Source of the DNA: Carcharhinus amblyrhynchos
Lineage: Eukaryota
Length of the DNA: 64,000 nucleotides
Reading direction: 5' to 3'
Assembly (NCBI GenBank): GCA_965287045.1
Contig: OZ336872.1
Span: forward strand, 41,106,001 to 41,170,000
A program made the position numbers and the translations under genes. Positions 24,523-36,970 of this stretch are shown here, piece after piece (positions within the stretch are counted from its first letter, which is position 1; each line of letters begins with the position of its first letter). The notes under the pieces are model-generated. The model did no database searches and had not been told where the DNA came from. It was given only the letters and a program-made list of their open reading frames with translations.

Positions 24523-26042
24523 TGCATGATATCAAACAGCTGAAGGCACTGGATACTGAAAGACTATGGGCCTTGACAATAATCCAGCAATAGTCCTGAA
24601 GACTTGTGCTCCAGAACTTGCCGTGCCCTTAGCCAAGCTGTTCCAGGACAGCTACAACATTGAGGGAACCATGGCTATCCATGCTGGCTTCTTGATTGTT
24701 CGTGTTTCTACTTCTTTTTTCCTTTTAATATTGCAATCCTGGTTCTTTTGAGTATGCCCGTTTTGTGCCTACTTCGGGTCTCTGCTTTACACATATTTCT
24801 CTCCTTTTCTTTTGAATAGGCTTTTGGTATTCTGCCAATAGTGGGGCATAAATGGTATTGTGAAACAGTTGAAGTGGCAGTAAAGGTTGATAACATCTGG
24901 TTAATGTCAACTGGAGCTCGTGTGTCCAAGTTGCTTCACTATAAAGGCTAAAACCAAGTGGAGGTCAAATCATATAAAATTGAAACAAAACACTGCGCTT
25001 TGCTCTGCTTCGCTTTCTGCTGCTGTTTTTATTGTTTTGCATTAACTTAATTACGATGATAGATTAGAAACCAGTGGGGGTAGTGAGAGGAAAATGATGA
25101 CAATGCTGAGCCTTTGCAGGTACTCAAAAATATTATACGTTACCAGTGTAACAGTTAATAATTCAAGTTTCAAGTTACATTTTGAGTTTGAATCAGTGCA
25201 GACTGCTGTGTTATTAGGGCAAGTAATAAAAACATAACTGAAATAGTGTGGGGTCAGTAAAAGTAATTTGGACGCTGCAAAGTCCTTGAAATTATTGTTA
25301 TAATGAGTATAACAACCATGGAGAGCTGAAAGTTATCTGATGCTGTTTATGGCAGAGTTGCGATTTGTCTGAAATATTTTACTTTTTCAAATTACTTAAT
25401 GGACAAAACACTTGGAATCATTTTAGAACTAGTTACAGCACAGAAGGAGACCATTTGAGCAGTTGAGGACATGTTGGCTTTCTGCAAGAGCAATTTGGCT
25501 TGTCTCACACCCCTGACTTTTCCTCATTGCCATGTGAAATGAGGAACGTTGGTAGTTTTGCTACACAGCTTCAGTGCTAATTTTAACGACAAGTTCAGTA
25601 ACTCTGACTGTGGGTCAATTTTTGTGTAATCCACAGTGATGCACTTACATTTGTTTTGTGTTATACAATAGGATGATGTAAACTTTATACAAAGATGTAC
25701 CAGGGTTTAAAACAAGAGGTAGCTGGAGCAATGACTATATTGTTTTTCATTTTTAGCTCTTCCTAATTTGCAGTAATATTTCCAGAAGTTTACATTATTC
25801 CTAATTTAATTTTGACTAAATTTTACAAAAAAAAGCAAATTTACAAATCCCCTCAATTTTCAACAATCCCCATGCTTTTTCCATGCACATAAAGATTTGG
25901 TTGTGTGCATCTTTGAGCTTTACCTGGAGATAGCATCTGATGGGACCTGTTGTGTTTATCCTTGTGTCTTTAAGTATGCTACCAAATGATAAGTCCAATT
26001 AAATTTCAAAAATGATAACTCTTCAATTACTTCATGCTTCGT

Positions 26043-26326
26043 GGGCGGCACGGTGGCACAGTGGTTAGCACTACTGCCTCACAGCACCAGGGACCTGGGT
26101 TCAATTCCTGGCTTGGGTGACTGTGCGGAGTCTGCATCTTCTTCCTGTGTCTGCGTGGGTTTCCTCCAGGTGCTCCAGTTTCCTCCCACAGTCCAAGGTT
26201 AGGTGCAATGGCCATGCTAAATTTTCTCTGTGTACCTGAACAGACACTGGCATGTAGTGACTAAGAGATTTTCACATTACAGTGTTAATATAAGCCTACT
26301 TGTGACACTAATAAATTTGAAACTTA
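26043..26326 (+). mobile_element. tRNA-derived V-SINE (HE1-like head/core, alternative tail)
   Basis: GGGCGGCACGGTGGCACAGTGGTTAGCAC..GGTTCAATTCC, core GCGTGGGTTTCCTCCAGGTGCTCC, tail GTGTTAATATAAGCCTACTTGTGACACTAATAAA. Confidence 0.9.
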
Positions 26327-26934
26327 AATGTTTAGCAACCAGGTTCCTCCATTCCTCCTGATTTTGACTTATTTCTTTACTATGTCCGGATGTACTCTAT
26401 CAACCACTCAAACTAATTCAAAGCAACTGCTGTGGAGAAAGAAATTTGGAATAGATTGCTAGCAGGCTCTTTCACCCAGAGAATGTCAGAGAGCCTGGTT
26501 TTAGATTTCCTCTCTGATGTCAAGGGACATAATAAACTTTCAAAAAAAAAGGTTATACAGTAGTAAAATAATAAAACATTCTAAGTAAAATCAGATTGGA
26601 AAATTTAAATTGCAGAGTCAGTGGAAAAATAACTCCATATATTTGTTCCTGTTGTGAATTTTATGACGTGGTAATTTCCCCTGATTTTCACATGGAAGAT
26701 CTCTCTCTCTCTGTCTCTCATTTCCCTGCCTCAACTTTTACTTTTGTAGGCAACTGAAAAATTTAAGGGTAAATTGGGGTAAAAACAGAAAATCTTGAGT
26801 ATTATTTAACAACGTATGGGCATATCCCTCCCGATGTTTTTTTCTTGAAAAAGTATAAATTATATTTTCACAGTTTGCTCCCTTGGTTTATGCATGGGTG
26901 TAAAAATTCATTAGTCATTAAAGAGATTGAGAGA

Positions 26935-27585
26935 CCATGGGTTAATAAAAGTATCCAGCATCCTTAGCTTTATCAACAGGCATTCAGAAGCAAGGAAATT
27001 ATGTTAAACTTAGGGAAAACACTGGTTCTGCCTCAACTGGGGTATGTTACATCCAGTTCTGGATGCCATAGTTAGGAATAATGCAAAGGCAACAGAGCGG
27101 GCACAGAAAACATTCACAAAGAATGCTTCCAGCTCAGAGAAACTTCAGTACTGTTGTTAGATTGGAGAAGTTGGGATTGTTTTCTTTGGATAAGGCAAGG
27201 TTGAGAGGAGATTTAAGAGGTGTCTGGACAGAGTGGATAGCCATTAAAAAGCATGGCATGAGACCAATTGAGTCGTTGTATTCCATCTTCCTGATTTTAG
27301 AGGCAATTTTCTGAGGACTTGGTACAGATTTAAGATAATTGGCATGAGAAGCAGTTAAGCACTCACTGCATAAAATAATTTCTTGTTTCTTAAGATCTGC
27401 AATGCACAGCCTGAGGGTGTGGTGGAGGCGGGTTCAATTGAGACATTTAAGAGGGAATTAGATAATCGTCTGAAAGGGAAGAATGTGCAGATTAATGGGG
27501 AAAAGGCAGACAAATGGTACTAGTTGAATTACTCAGAGAGCCAGTACGGAATGGTCTCCGTCTGTGCTTTAACCATTCTGTGATC
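26935..27585 (+). mobile_element. Old CR1 3' fragment
   Basis: RLEKLGLFSLDKARLRGDL in ORF 27081-27314, followed by a decayed CR1 3' tail. Confidence 0.75.
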
Positions 27586-29499
27586 TTCGGAAGATTGTAG
27601 ATAAGTAGGTTGTATGTGTGGAAGAGGGAATGCCAACAATTGTAAATGTAGCTTTAATCATTTGGAACATTCTTCAACCATAGATGTTCCCCCAAAACTG
27701 TTGCATTGTCATGACAATTGTAGGTTTAGTGGACACCTTGCTCTCTCAGCCTGGGCCTCAGGATGTCCGAGCACTCCTTGCATTAAAACAGGAAACACTA
27801 AGACATTGAATGGTCTCCTTAATCTCTCTTACGTACATGTCCCTAATAAAACTCCTTTGTAGCTATTTTATTTGAAAATAGCGAGAACCTGTACATGCCA
27901 TAAACCTTCCCATATGTGTGGGGTACAACTGCATTATTGTTAAAAGAGCTGAAATGAATCATTTTACAGCACCCAAACTGTAACGACGCAAACTATCTAT
28001 GTTATATAGCATTTAAAATCTACATTCCTATCAATTAATGAGTAAACTTTAAACTTTGAATGTTCCATTGGAGAAAGAGTTGGAAATTTTGTTACCTGAC
28101 AAAAATGGAGTTCCAATGCTGATTCATTTTAGAAGAGCTATTTATGAGTTGGGAATGGCAATCAGAAACAATGCAGCCTGCGTGCATATGGTGCTGACCT
28201 TTGTTGTGCCAGAGGCACAGCCAGAAATTAGTGGAGCAAAGCAGAGGTCAGATTCTTCTGTTAACAAAACACGCATTTCTCATTCTTTCCAGAAGTATCT
28301 TAAAAACGTATCTTGCCTGAAATGCAAATTTTGACTATTGAATTGCATTATGGAGTTCCAGGTCTTTGGGGTGAGGGGAGGGGAAGTCTGTGGCATGGGA
28401 AGGTGATGTTATGAAATTAAAAGCAGTATGCTACTTCAGATGAAATATTTTCATATATTTTGAAGAACGGAACTCCATCCGTATTGCAACATTATCCTCG
28501 GTAATGACAAGTTCTTGTTATACTTAGGGTTTAACAGCGGAGGAGGGATGGGTAGTTGTGGTTGTAGTGTTGTAGTGTATGTTCTACTATTTTTGCTAAT
28601 GGAAATAGTAACGTGGCCAGCACAGTTTTTCAGGCTCCTGCTATGCAAGTGCACTTTACCTTCTGATCTATGCTGTCAGAGTTTTTATTTTCATTTTTGT
28701 GTGACAGTAATAAGTACCTCTAAAAATGTAATACTTTTGTAGCCATACTTAAGTGGCACTATTTGTATTTACAGTAGGACCCCAGCTTGTTTTATTGAGC
28801 TATGTGTAAACATTTCATGGCAGTTATAGTGTTTTGCATTATCAAGTTAGACCTTCATATTGGCTGCTGTGTAAACACTGTAAATATTAGAAGCTGCAAC
28901 TTCAGAACAATGTGACCTTCAGCAAAAGCTTTTTGTACTCTCTGAATTCTGCAAGTCTAGTTGTGCATGAGATTTGCCCTTGAAGGTGGCGTGTAAGACA
29001 TTGTTAACATTGGTGGTCTCAAAAAAAATTGGCAGATTCAATCTGGTTCAACTTGGATTGCTTTACTAAATCTTTAAAAATGCATATGCTTTGGAAAGGC
29101 TGTACTGTATTTGTTCCACTCATAGACACATTTGCTTCTGTTAAAAATGGATGCCTAATATTAATGATATGAAATCTACATCCAGCTTTTTAAGATTATA
29201 CTCTATTTCCTCCTGTATTATCCTGTGGGACATGCACAGTTGTTTTGCTTGCTGTGCCATTCTGTGACAGCAACGGTTCGAGAAATCGTCATAGATATTT
29301 GCACACTGTCTCCATGTTGCTCTCATTAGTGTGAGGATAGTAGCTGGTGTTTCTTTTTAACTTTGCACATTGTATTTATTCTTTTGACTGAAGGAATTAG
29401 AAAATAAATTTCCATGTCCCCTTAAGGTGAGATTGTGCAGCTGTCCCATGGCTACTCTAATTGTTTGGAAGTTTGTAAGGCCAGCCCAGTATTTATTTA

Positions 29500-29800
29500 C
29501 GTTTATTCTGGGGATCCGACAGCACCTTTGGCAAAGACAGCATTTATTGTCCATCTGTAATTGCACTGCAGGAAGTGGTGGTGAGCTGTATTTTTAAACC
29601 ATTGTGATCCATGTGATGAAGGGGATCTCACAATACTTGTTAGGTAGGGAATTTGAGGATTTAACTATGATGATGAGAGAATATTTTAGTATTCAAATTT
29701 AGGATGTTGTGTGACTTGGAAGCAAATATGGAGGTAATTGTGTCCTCATCTGTCTTCTGCCCTTGCATTATTAAGTGGTAGAGATTGAGGGTTTGGGAAG
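29500..29800 (-). mobile_element. Decayed LINE 3' end (family of 8495)
   Basis: gcatttattgtccatc..taattgc...gtggtggtgagctg is the reverse complement of the shared tail. Confidence 0.6.
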
Positions 29801-31074
29801 TATGATTTGGCTTCATATTATTCCATGCCCTTTTCCTTACTTCCTAGCTGAAAAAGTGTGGAAATGGATTAGGAAAGGTTTGGAAAAGAGTGGTAGCATT
29901 CATTCCAGGCCTCCAATGTCTAGGGAGTGCTTTTGGATGTTAGACTGAGGCATGCTTCAATGCCGCAGGACATCTGAAAATGCTTTACAACCATGAAGTA
30001 GTTTTGAAGTGTTGTTCACAGTTGTAGTGAAAGAAACACAGCAGCCAATGGCGTGCAACAAGTGCTTGATAGTTATACAATGATGAACAGTACTATTTGA
30101 CTTTCTTAAGTGGAAGGAAGGAAGAACTTATTTTCAAAATTAAGGGATTATCAGAGTTGGGTAAATGGTATGCTAAATAGGCAGTGTAAAGACCACTTTA
30201 AAATATTGCACTTTTAAGTGTGATACTTGGGATGACACAGGTATTGACAGACCATAATAATGAACTTGGGATTGCCAGATTTAGCTGCCAAGAGTCTGGC
30301 ACATGAGACAGTGACTCCTCTATCATTCAGTACGATCATGGCTGATCTCACTGTGGCCTTAACCCTGCGGCACCTACCCAACCCATTCTCCTTAATTCCC
30401 CTGTAGACCAAAAATCTGCCTAATTCTCCTTTGTCTGATTCTTCCAGATCCTGATTTCCTGCTGCCCTTGAACCTCGTCTTCTAGGAATCTGATTGCTGA
30501 TATTGCTTATGGCCAGACATGTGCATTTTGAATTACTGCTCAACAGTAACTTTAAAGCCAGGTCCTCAGTGTGGTCCACCCCAAATGGTAGTAGTGGTGC
30601 TAATGGTACTGGTAACCCAAACTTGTAACTTTAATCCCATTTTACTTTACATTCATTCATGCATTCTTAAATTGCTTCTCTCAGTTTCTATTTCTCTGTG
30701 CTGATTTATTTTAGTCCTTTCTATGCGTCCTTTCCTTTTTACAATGGTTCCTTCTATTACTACAACAAGAAGATATTTACATCTCTGTCCCTAGACAGAT
30801 TTCTGGCTCTTCGACTATAGCTCACCCTCTGGCTAGGTTGCAGACTTACTGTCTGATTCCAGTTTGCTCAGGTTAGACTGAACCTCGGCTTCTCTGGCGC
30901 CCTCTCCAGGTCCTATTAGTACATTGAATGGCTTCAGTTACACTATGGAGATGTTCAGTGAAACAGTATATATTTTTTTCTATTGAGCACAACTCTCTTC
31001 CTGACCAGTGAGAGATTGGATAGGTCACATCTTCAATAGCATCAGATCATCATTTCCTCATCTGGGAAGGGGAG

Positions 31075-32386
31075 AGATTTTAAAGTGATTTATATAATAT
31101 GTGTCATTTGTCAACCAGTTATGAGATGCAAACTATCCTTATCGGAACACATTCAGCAATGCCTCTGGCCTCTACTGACCAACCTTGGTTCACGGTCTCC
31201 TAATGAATCTTATTTAAAGTTCTCATTCTTGTACTTTTATGACTTCACCTCCTTATGTCTATAACCTCTTCTAGCTTACAATCTCCACTTCCTCCTCTCT
31301 CTCTCTCTCTCTCTTTCTCCCCCCCCCCCCCCCCCACCTCCCCCAGCCCAAAGAAAGACTCAATAAAATAGCTGGCCTGAAGGCACTTGATTCAGATGCA
31401 CTCAGAAAGTGATACAGGAAAATTGTCCAGCTGCTGTCTGAGACCAAGAAACCTATCCAGCAACAGAGTCTATATTGGAATATCAATGATGACATCAACA
31501 ATAATATTGGATGAAAGGTTCCTATGTCGATCGTGATCCAGTTCAGAAATTGGAGTCACAAGCTATGGCTATGGCATCCGTGGAACTGAGATTGAATTTT
31601 GACAGCTGGAAGGCCCCTTTAATTTTTTTTCTTTTTTTTCTGATAGTGGGCATGGCTTAATAATCTGGTCTCTGAGGCCCAATTTCTGATCCAACCAGAG
31701 CCTGTAAATTGGTGGGTCTTTTTTTTGTGTACACCCTGCTTTTTCAACATGTCGGCCCCTGGTCAATAACTCCCCTTGCCCCGCTCAACAATCTTAAGTA
31801 TCCTTCTATCCCCTAACAATCCCCAGGGTTTTACTATGGGGCCACACAAAATCTGTAACATTCAAATGGGGTCTCATTGGGAAAATCTTTGGGAAGCACT
31901 ATTACAGAGTATCTGTTAGTGGGAGGAAACTGTCTTGAGGTGCTTCACGGAGGCAGGAGTTAAATTTAAGCAAATCTAGAGATCATTTGATGTGGTCAGA
32001 TGCTTGTTCGAAGAGGTAGTCCTGATAAAGGAGCCGCTTGATGGAAAGGCAGAGGAGTTCGGGGGGGTAATTCACTTCCTTGGTTCTGGACAGTTGAAGG
32101 CATAACTGTCTGCGGCATGATAAAAAGAAACATAGATGTAGAGACTGGGCTCAAAGTAAATGAAGATTTGGGCATGGTGGGGAGGATTGTAGGCTAGAAG
32201 AGGTTATAGACATAAGGAGGTGAAGTCATAAAGTATAATAGTGAGAACTTTAAATATGAGACATGAGGAGACCATGAACCAAGGTTGCTCAGTAGAGGCC
32301 AGAGCATTGCCGAATGTGTTCCAATAAGGATAGTTTGCATTTCATAACTGGTTGACAAATAACATGTATAAATCACTTTAAAATCT
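31075..32386. repeat. Local inverted repeat: arms 31075-31283 and 32185-32386, spacer ~900 bp
   Basis: For example atgacttcacctccttatgtctataacctcttctag and ctagaagaggttatagacataaggaggtgaagtcat are exact reverse complements; similarity extends over ~205 bp with small indels. Confidence 0.92.
31288..31345. repeat. (CT)n microsatellite plus poly-C pyrimidine tract
   Basis: ctctctctctctctctctctttctcc followed by a long C run. Confidence 0.9.
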
Positions 32387-35300
32387 TTGGATTAACTGAA
32401 GTTAATGGATAGTGGTGGATGGGAGGATGACCAGGAGCATTTTGCAGTATAATCATAGTCTTGATGTAATGAAAGCATTTTATGAACGGCTTCAGTGAAG
32501 TGTTGTCAGAAAGGCAGCTTTAGATCTTTGAGGCTTGTAGTTATTATGTGTTATTGGTTGCTGATGGGTGTGAGGATTATCTATTTGCATTCTGGCTGGT
32601 GGGGGAAAATGTCTTTGCTTGTCCTATAGTAATCCTCCCAAGACCCTTTGGGCATAACTTACTCCTTGTTCCTGAAGGGTGGTACCCAGCAAGCATTGTA
32701 TAAGGAAATTTGGGAAGAGGGTGCATTCAGATGTCTCAGCCTGTTCCAATTGCCTGTGCATGTAGCTGCTAGAAGCTTAGATCCATGATTCCATGAAGGA
32801 ATTTTCAAACATTCCAAAGAAGTATAAAAGGGAGGGAGAGATCTGATAACTTTGGCGTCCTTTTTTACCTGACCTTTGACCAGTGTTGGAAAGTAACACA
32901 ATAGGTGTGTATCTCTATAGTGCCTTTCACGTAGTAAAATGTCCTAAGGCATGTCACAGGAAAGTTTAAAAGGAAATCAATGTTTGATATAGACACATAA
33001 GGCACAATACAAAGATGACCAAAATCTAAATTGAGAGAGGGAAGATTTAAGGAACAGCTTTGAGTGGTTGAGCGAGATGGAGAATTTTAACTAAGGTTAA
33101 GAAAAATGCCACTTTTGCCTTGAGTGGCCGTAATTTGTTCTGGAGTTTAGGTTCGGTGGTGGATGTGGAAGTGGGAGTGATTTCTGTTGTGAGGTAGCAA
33201 AGCTGACCATGTACAATCTTGTGCTGTTCAGCTTATTACATATGCATCCTCAAGGACTAGGAGGGAGGCCTGGGCTGGAGTTGAGAACCTGGGTCATGGA
33301 CTCCCTCGACTACTTCCCAGGTATGACTGCAGAGGTCATTAGTGCATGGCAAGGCTTAGGAAACAGGTGACATCACACACAGCATGGTAGCCTAATGGAG
33401 CTGCAGTGCTGGATCCTCACTCGGTTCAGTTCCGCCGACCTCACTGGCTAGCTGAATTGTTCTCTCCTCGGAGTTTAAGGACCTTTAGTTCTCAAACTAA
33501 AGCAGTGAGGTGATGAGGACGGAACTCACACAGGAGATGAGGATGCATCTGGGAGAGTTAGCGATGGTGTGCCTTGAGCTGGCATTGAGAGATCCCTGTG
33601 TGATGAGACTGTGAGTTTGAGAGTTGAGTGATGAGAATGGAACACAAGAACTAAGAGCAGGAGTAGGCCATCTGGGCCCTCGAGCCTGCTCTGCCATTCA
33701 ATAAGATCATGATAGATTCTTATCCTGGTGGGACAGAGACAAAAATTCATCCTTTTGTGGCACTGGACAGCTGTGCACATCTGTGGGGCATTGGCATTGG
33801 CTGCCTGTGCCTCCCATGCTGGATTTGTCACCTTGGTTGCAGATCTTTGCCTAAAATGTGGTATGAGGAATCGTGGTGGGTCTCCTGTGTGTCTGTAAAC
33901 TTGGGTGTAGAAGGTTTAGTGCACCTGGCAGCCATGACTGCCATCAAACTCAAAAGTGTGATAGCTGTGTGCGGGGGTGACCTTTTTAAATATGGCACCC
34001 AGAACATTGAATTGCTGAATTGATGGCTGGCCAGGCAAATAAGAAGCTGCCTGCCAGCAATACAGCATGGAATCTATGTCTGTACAGTTGTTTCACTCAG
34101 TGCCACACTAAATGGCAGAAAAGGCTGTCATTGCTCTTGGCAGGCTTAGTGCTGCTTTCCCTGCCCAAAATTGCATTATGACAAGTTCTGAATTGATTTT
34201 GGTCTAAGAATTTTAAAAATTATTTTGCGAAATATTATAAAATCTATATAACAGCTAATAACCAGCAGTTACATACATCTCAAGAATGTTTCTTCTTGAA
34301 CTGTGCCTGTTTTTCAAATTTGAAGCAAGTTAAGTTGTTGTTTTTGTTCAGCAAGTAAGCACCCAAGGAAACAATGCAAATTGAGTTCATGTATGGTGTT
34401 GAAATAATAAACTGTTGGGTTTAAATGGAAAAAATAATGATGAGATTATCAGGTTTTCCTGCCAGCAGAGTCTTATGCGAGGAACTATTCTGTTGAATCT
34501 TCTTGCTGAGAATGTTTGCTGCATGATATTACTTACCATTATTGGAAAAGGAAAAAAAACAAAGTCAACCATGAACAATTTGTGTTATGGTGTATTCTGA
34601 GGAATCTCTTCTAACTTTATTAGGCCATCATTGGAAATATTCTGTTAGTATTCCATTTAGAATTGTGGTTTAATGCATTTCTGGCTTAGCCGCAAGCCAC
34701 ATGTGCCTAATTGGAAATCCTGATATTGTAAATTGCATTTCTGATCAGTAATGGACATGTGATCTCATATTTACAGCAGGTATGTATGTGTATTTAGCTT
34801 TGTTTGAATGTTTGTTGGTAAAATTGTGAGAGCGAAAAAACATTCCAGTCCAATCCTAAATGCAGACTCATGTTTATAAGAGGTGGACAATAGTACTGTG
34901 ACTTTGCATCATAGAAGTGAGGAATTAAACTGTGTTCTTGATCTAGTGGGAGAGCAGGATGTTTCCAGCATGGCATTATTTTGCCAGCATCGAAGTTAGT
35001 GTTCTTGACCACCATACATTATCATTATCGTCCCTAGAAGTGTGGAGAAAGCTTGTTTCAGAGTACAGGTTGTGTGTACTGGTTGATAATGTGGGGAGGC
35101 TGTTGTGCTGCAGCTACCAGGAGGCTGACCAAGGGACTGTCCAATTTTTAGTACTGGCAGTTGATGTATTGGAAGGATTTGCAGATTGACAGCCTCTTTA
35201 GTCAGCTACATTTTGTGGCTTCTGGCTTCAAGGCAGGGGTACTATCCACTGCACCACAAGACCTCCAATCACCACACATGTTTTATTGGCTGTTAAGGAT

Positions 35301-35552
35301 GTTATTGCTCAGGAATAATATATTATTAGAATTATAAATGATGGTACACTGCTGTTGTGTGATACAGTATTAGTATTGACAGGACCTACAGCAACTATGG
35401 TTTGATTTTGTGACAATCTTTGACCCAAAAGCAGTAATAATGATCAATAACAAAAGTAACAGAAAACAGCAACAATCCCTGGGAAATCTGTAATTGTTTT
35501 AAAAATGATTGGAAAAGAAATTTAAAAGTTTGTGTAAATTGCAAAGGGGTCA

Positions 35553-35720
35553 ACCATAGAATCCCTACAATGCAGCAGGAGGCCATTTCGTCCATCAAGT
35601 TAGCACTGACTATCTGAAAGAGCATTTTACCCAGACTGCCATTCCACACAGACAGTTCCCAAGGTTGGAATTGAACCCATTGTGAGGCTGCAAGGCTAAC
35701 CACTGTGCCCTGATGCTGCC
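35553..35720 (-). mobile_element. Internally deleted HE1-like SINE
   Basis: Tail accatagaatccctacaatgcagcaggaggccatt and head gctaaccactgtgcc. Confidence 0.65.
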
Positions 35721-36789
35721 TTCCCCCTTTTGCTGCTGCCAGAGCTCAGAGCTTGTGCAGCTCCTGGAGCTGGGGGAGGCCATTTGGCTGCTTCGATATG
35801 GGACAGCCCACCTTTCAGACAGTTTATCCCTTGTCTGATGTTGGTGAGCTTTGTGTGTGTTATTTTTATTCAAGGGTCATTAACAATGTGCACATTCACA
35901 CAGACTGTATGTTACTGGGTCACCAATGTTGCTGATCTTCCCCCTCAGCTGGGACACTCACAGTAAGGGAACAGCCTTCTCACCCTAAATACTCAGTCCA
36001 CGTGACCTTGTGACTTCAACCTGGAAACAGTACCAGATTGAGTTGAGATATGGAAGCCAAGTGGCCAGACACAAAGGAGAATTGGAGGACAGGAGAGCTA
36101 GAGGCGGAAGGTGATCAGCACACAGGTGGACAGAAAATGAAGTGAAGTAGAGGCAAAAACACTGGAGAGGAGTTGAGTTTTGAAAGCAAGTGTGCCATGC
36201 TGGGGAGAATGCAAGGGCAGAACCTTGTTTGCATGGAAACTGCTGCCTGTGGAAAATCGACTAAGTTCTTGAAGGGAATGGATTGGAATTCTGCTTGGAT
36301 GAACTGTGTGACTGAAATTGGGTCCCTACGGTTGCAGTGAGCTTTCTAACAATTCAGTGAGATTTCTGTTGTATCTGTTATCCCTGTCGAAATGCAGTTT
36401 GTCAGTGCTTGACTTCAAAAATGCAGTGCATTTTAGAGAGCTGTTTGGGGAAAAATGAATATGTTCATGTAAACAATTTAAAAAATCCAGCAGCTCCTGC
36501 AATAACTTGCCACTCCTGCAAAAGCCAAAAAAAAAACAATGTTGGCTTTGTCAACAAGTTGAAATTGGTTCACGTCCCTTGAAATCTGCCTGAATACATA
36601 AAAAGCTGATTGTGTGGGATTCATCGACTATTTTTATGCAATGAAAATTTACTGACGGGGTGATTGGATTTTCTCTGGAAAAAATTGGATACTAAAGAGC
36701 CTCCGAAGGTGGTCAAGTTAGGATATTAAGCTGAAGCATAAGGTTTCATCCACATTTTTGCTCAAGATTCTTGCATAAGGACAGCATGA

Positions 36790-36970
36790 TGGGCTCTCAG
36801 TGCCAGGCACCCTGTTCAATTCTGTCTTAGGTAAATGAGTGGAGTTTGCGTGCTCTTCCTGTGCGGGTTTCTTTGGGTGCTCTGGTTTCCTCCCATTGTT
36901 GAAAGACATGTAGATTAGGTGGATTATCCATGGTAAATGTGTGGAGTTGCTGGGGAGAGTATCTGGGAGG
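36790..36970 (+). mobile_element. Degenerate V-SINE fragment
   Basis: gtggagtttgcgtgctcttcctgtgcgggtttctttgggtgctctggtttcctccca core. Confidence 0.65.

Larger units (their letters stand above)
22670..24660 (+). mobile_element. 5' portion of a CR1/L2-group LINE: 5'UTR, APE endonuclease and start of RT, decayed
   Basis: TNI*GLV*KFRELSHRLVKQQTDTVILVESYL, EDFNIHH and GRSDHH endonuclease motifs, then MGLDNNPAIVLKTCAPELAVPLAKLFQ. Interrupted by insertions at 23784-24011 and 24405-24522. Confidence 0.85.

Noticed and set aside
26043-26115. tRNA gene-like A/B boxes
   Set aside because: These are SINE heads followed by V-core sequence, not functional tRNA genes
33080-36400. GC-richer patches that might be decayed Harbinger-type coding remnants
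   Set aside because: No convincing peptide motif could be read
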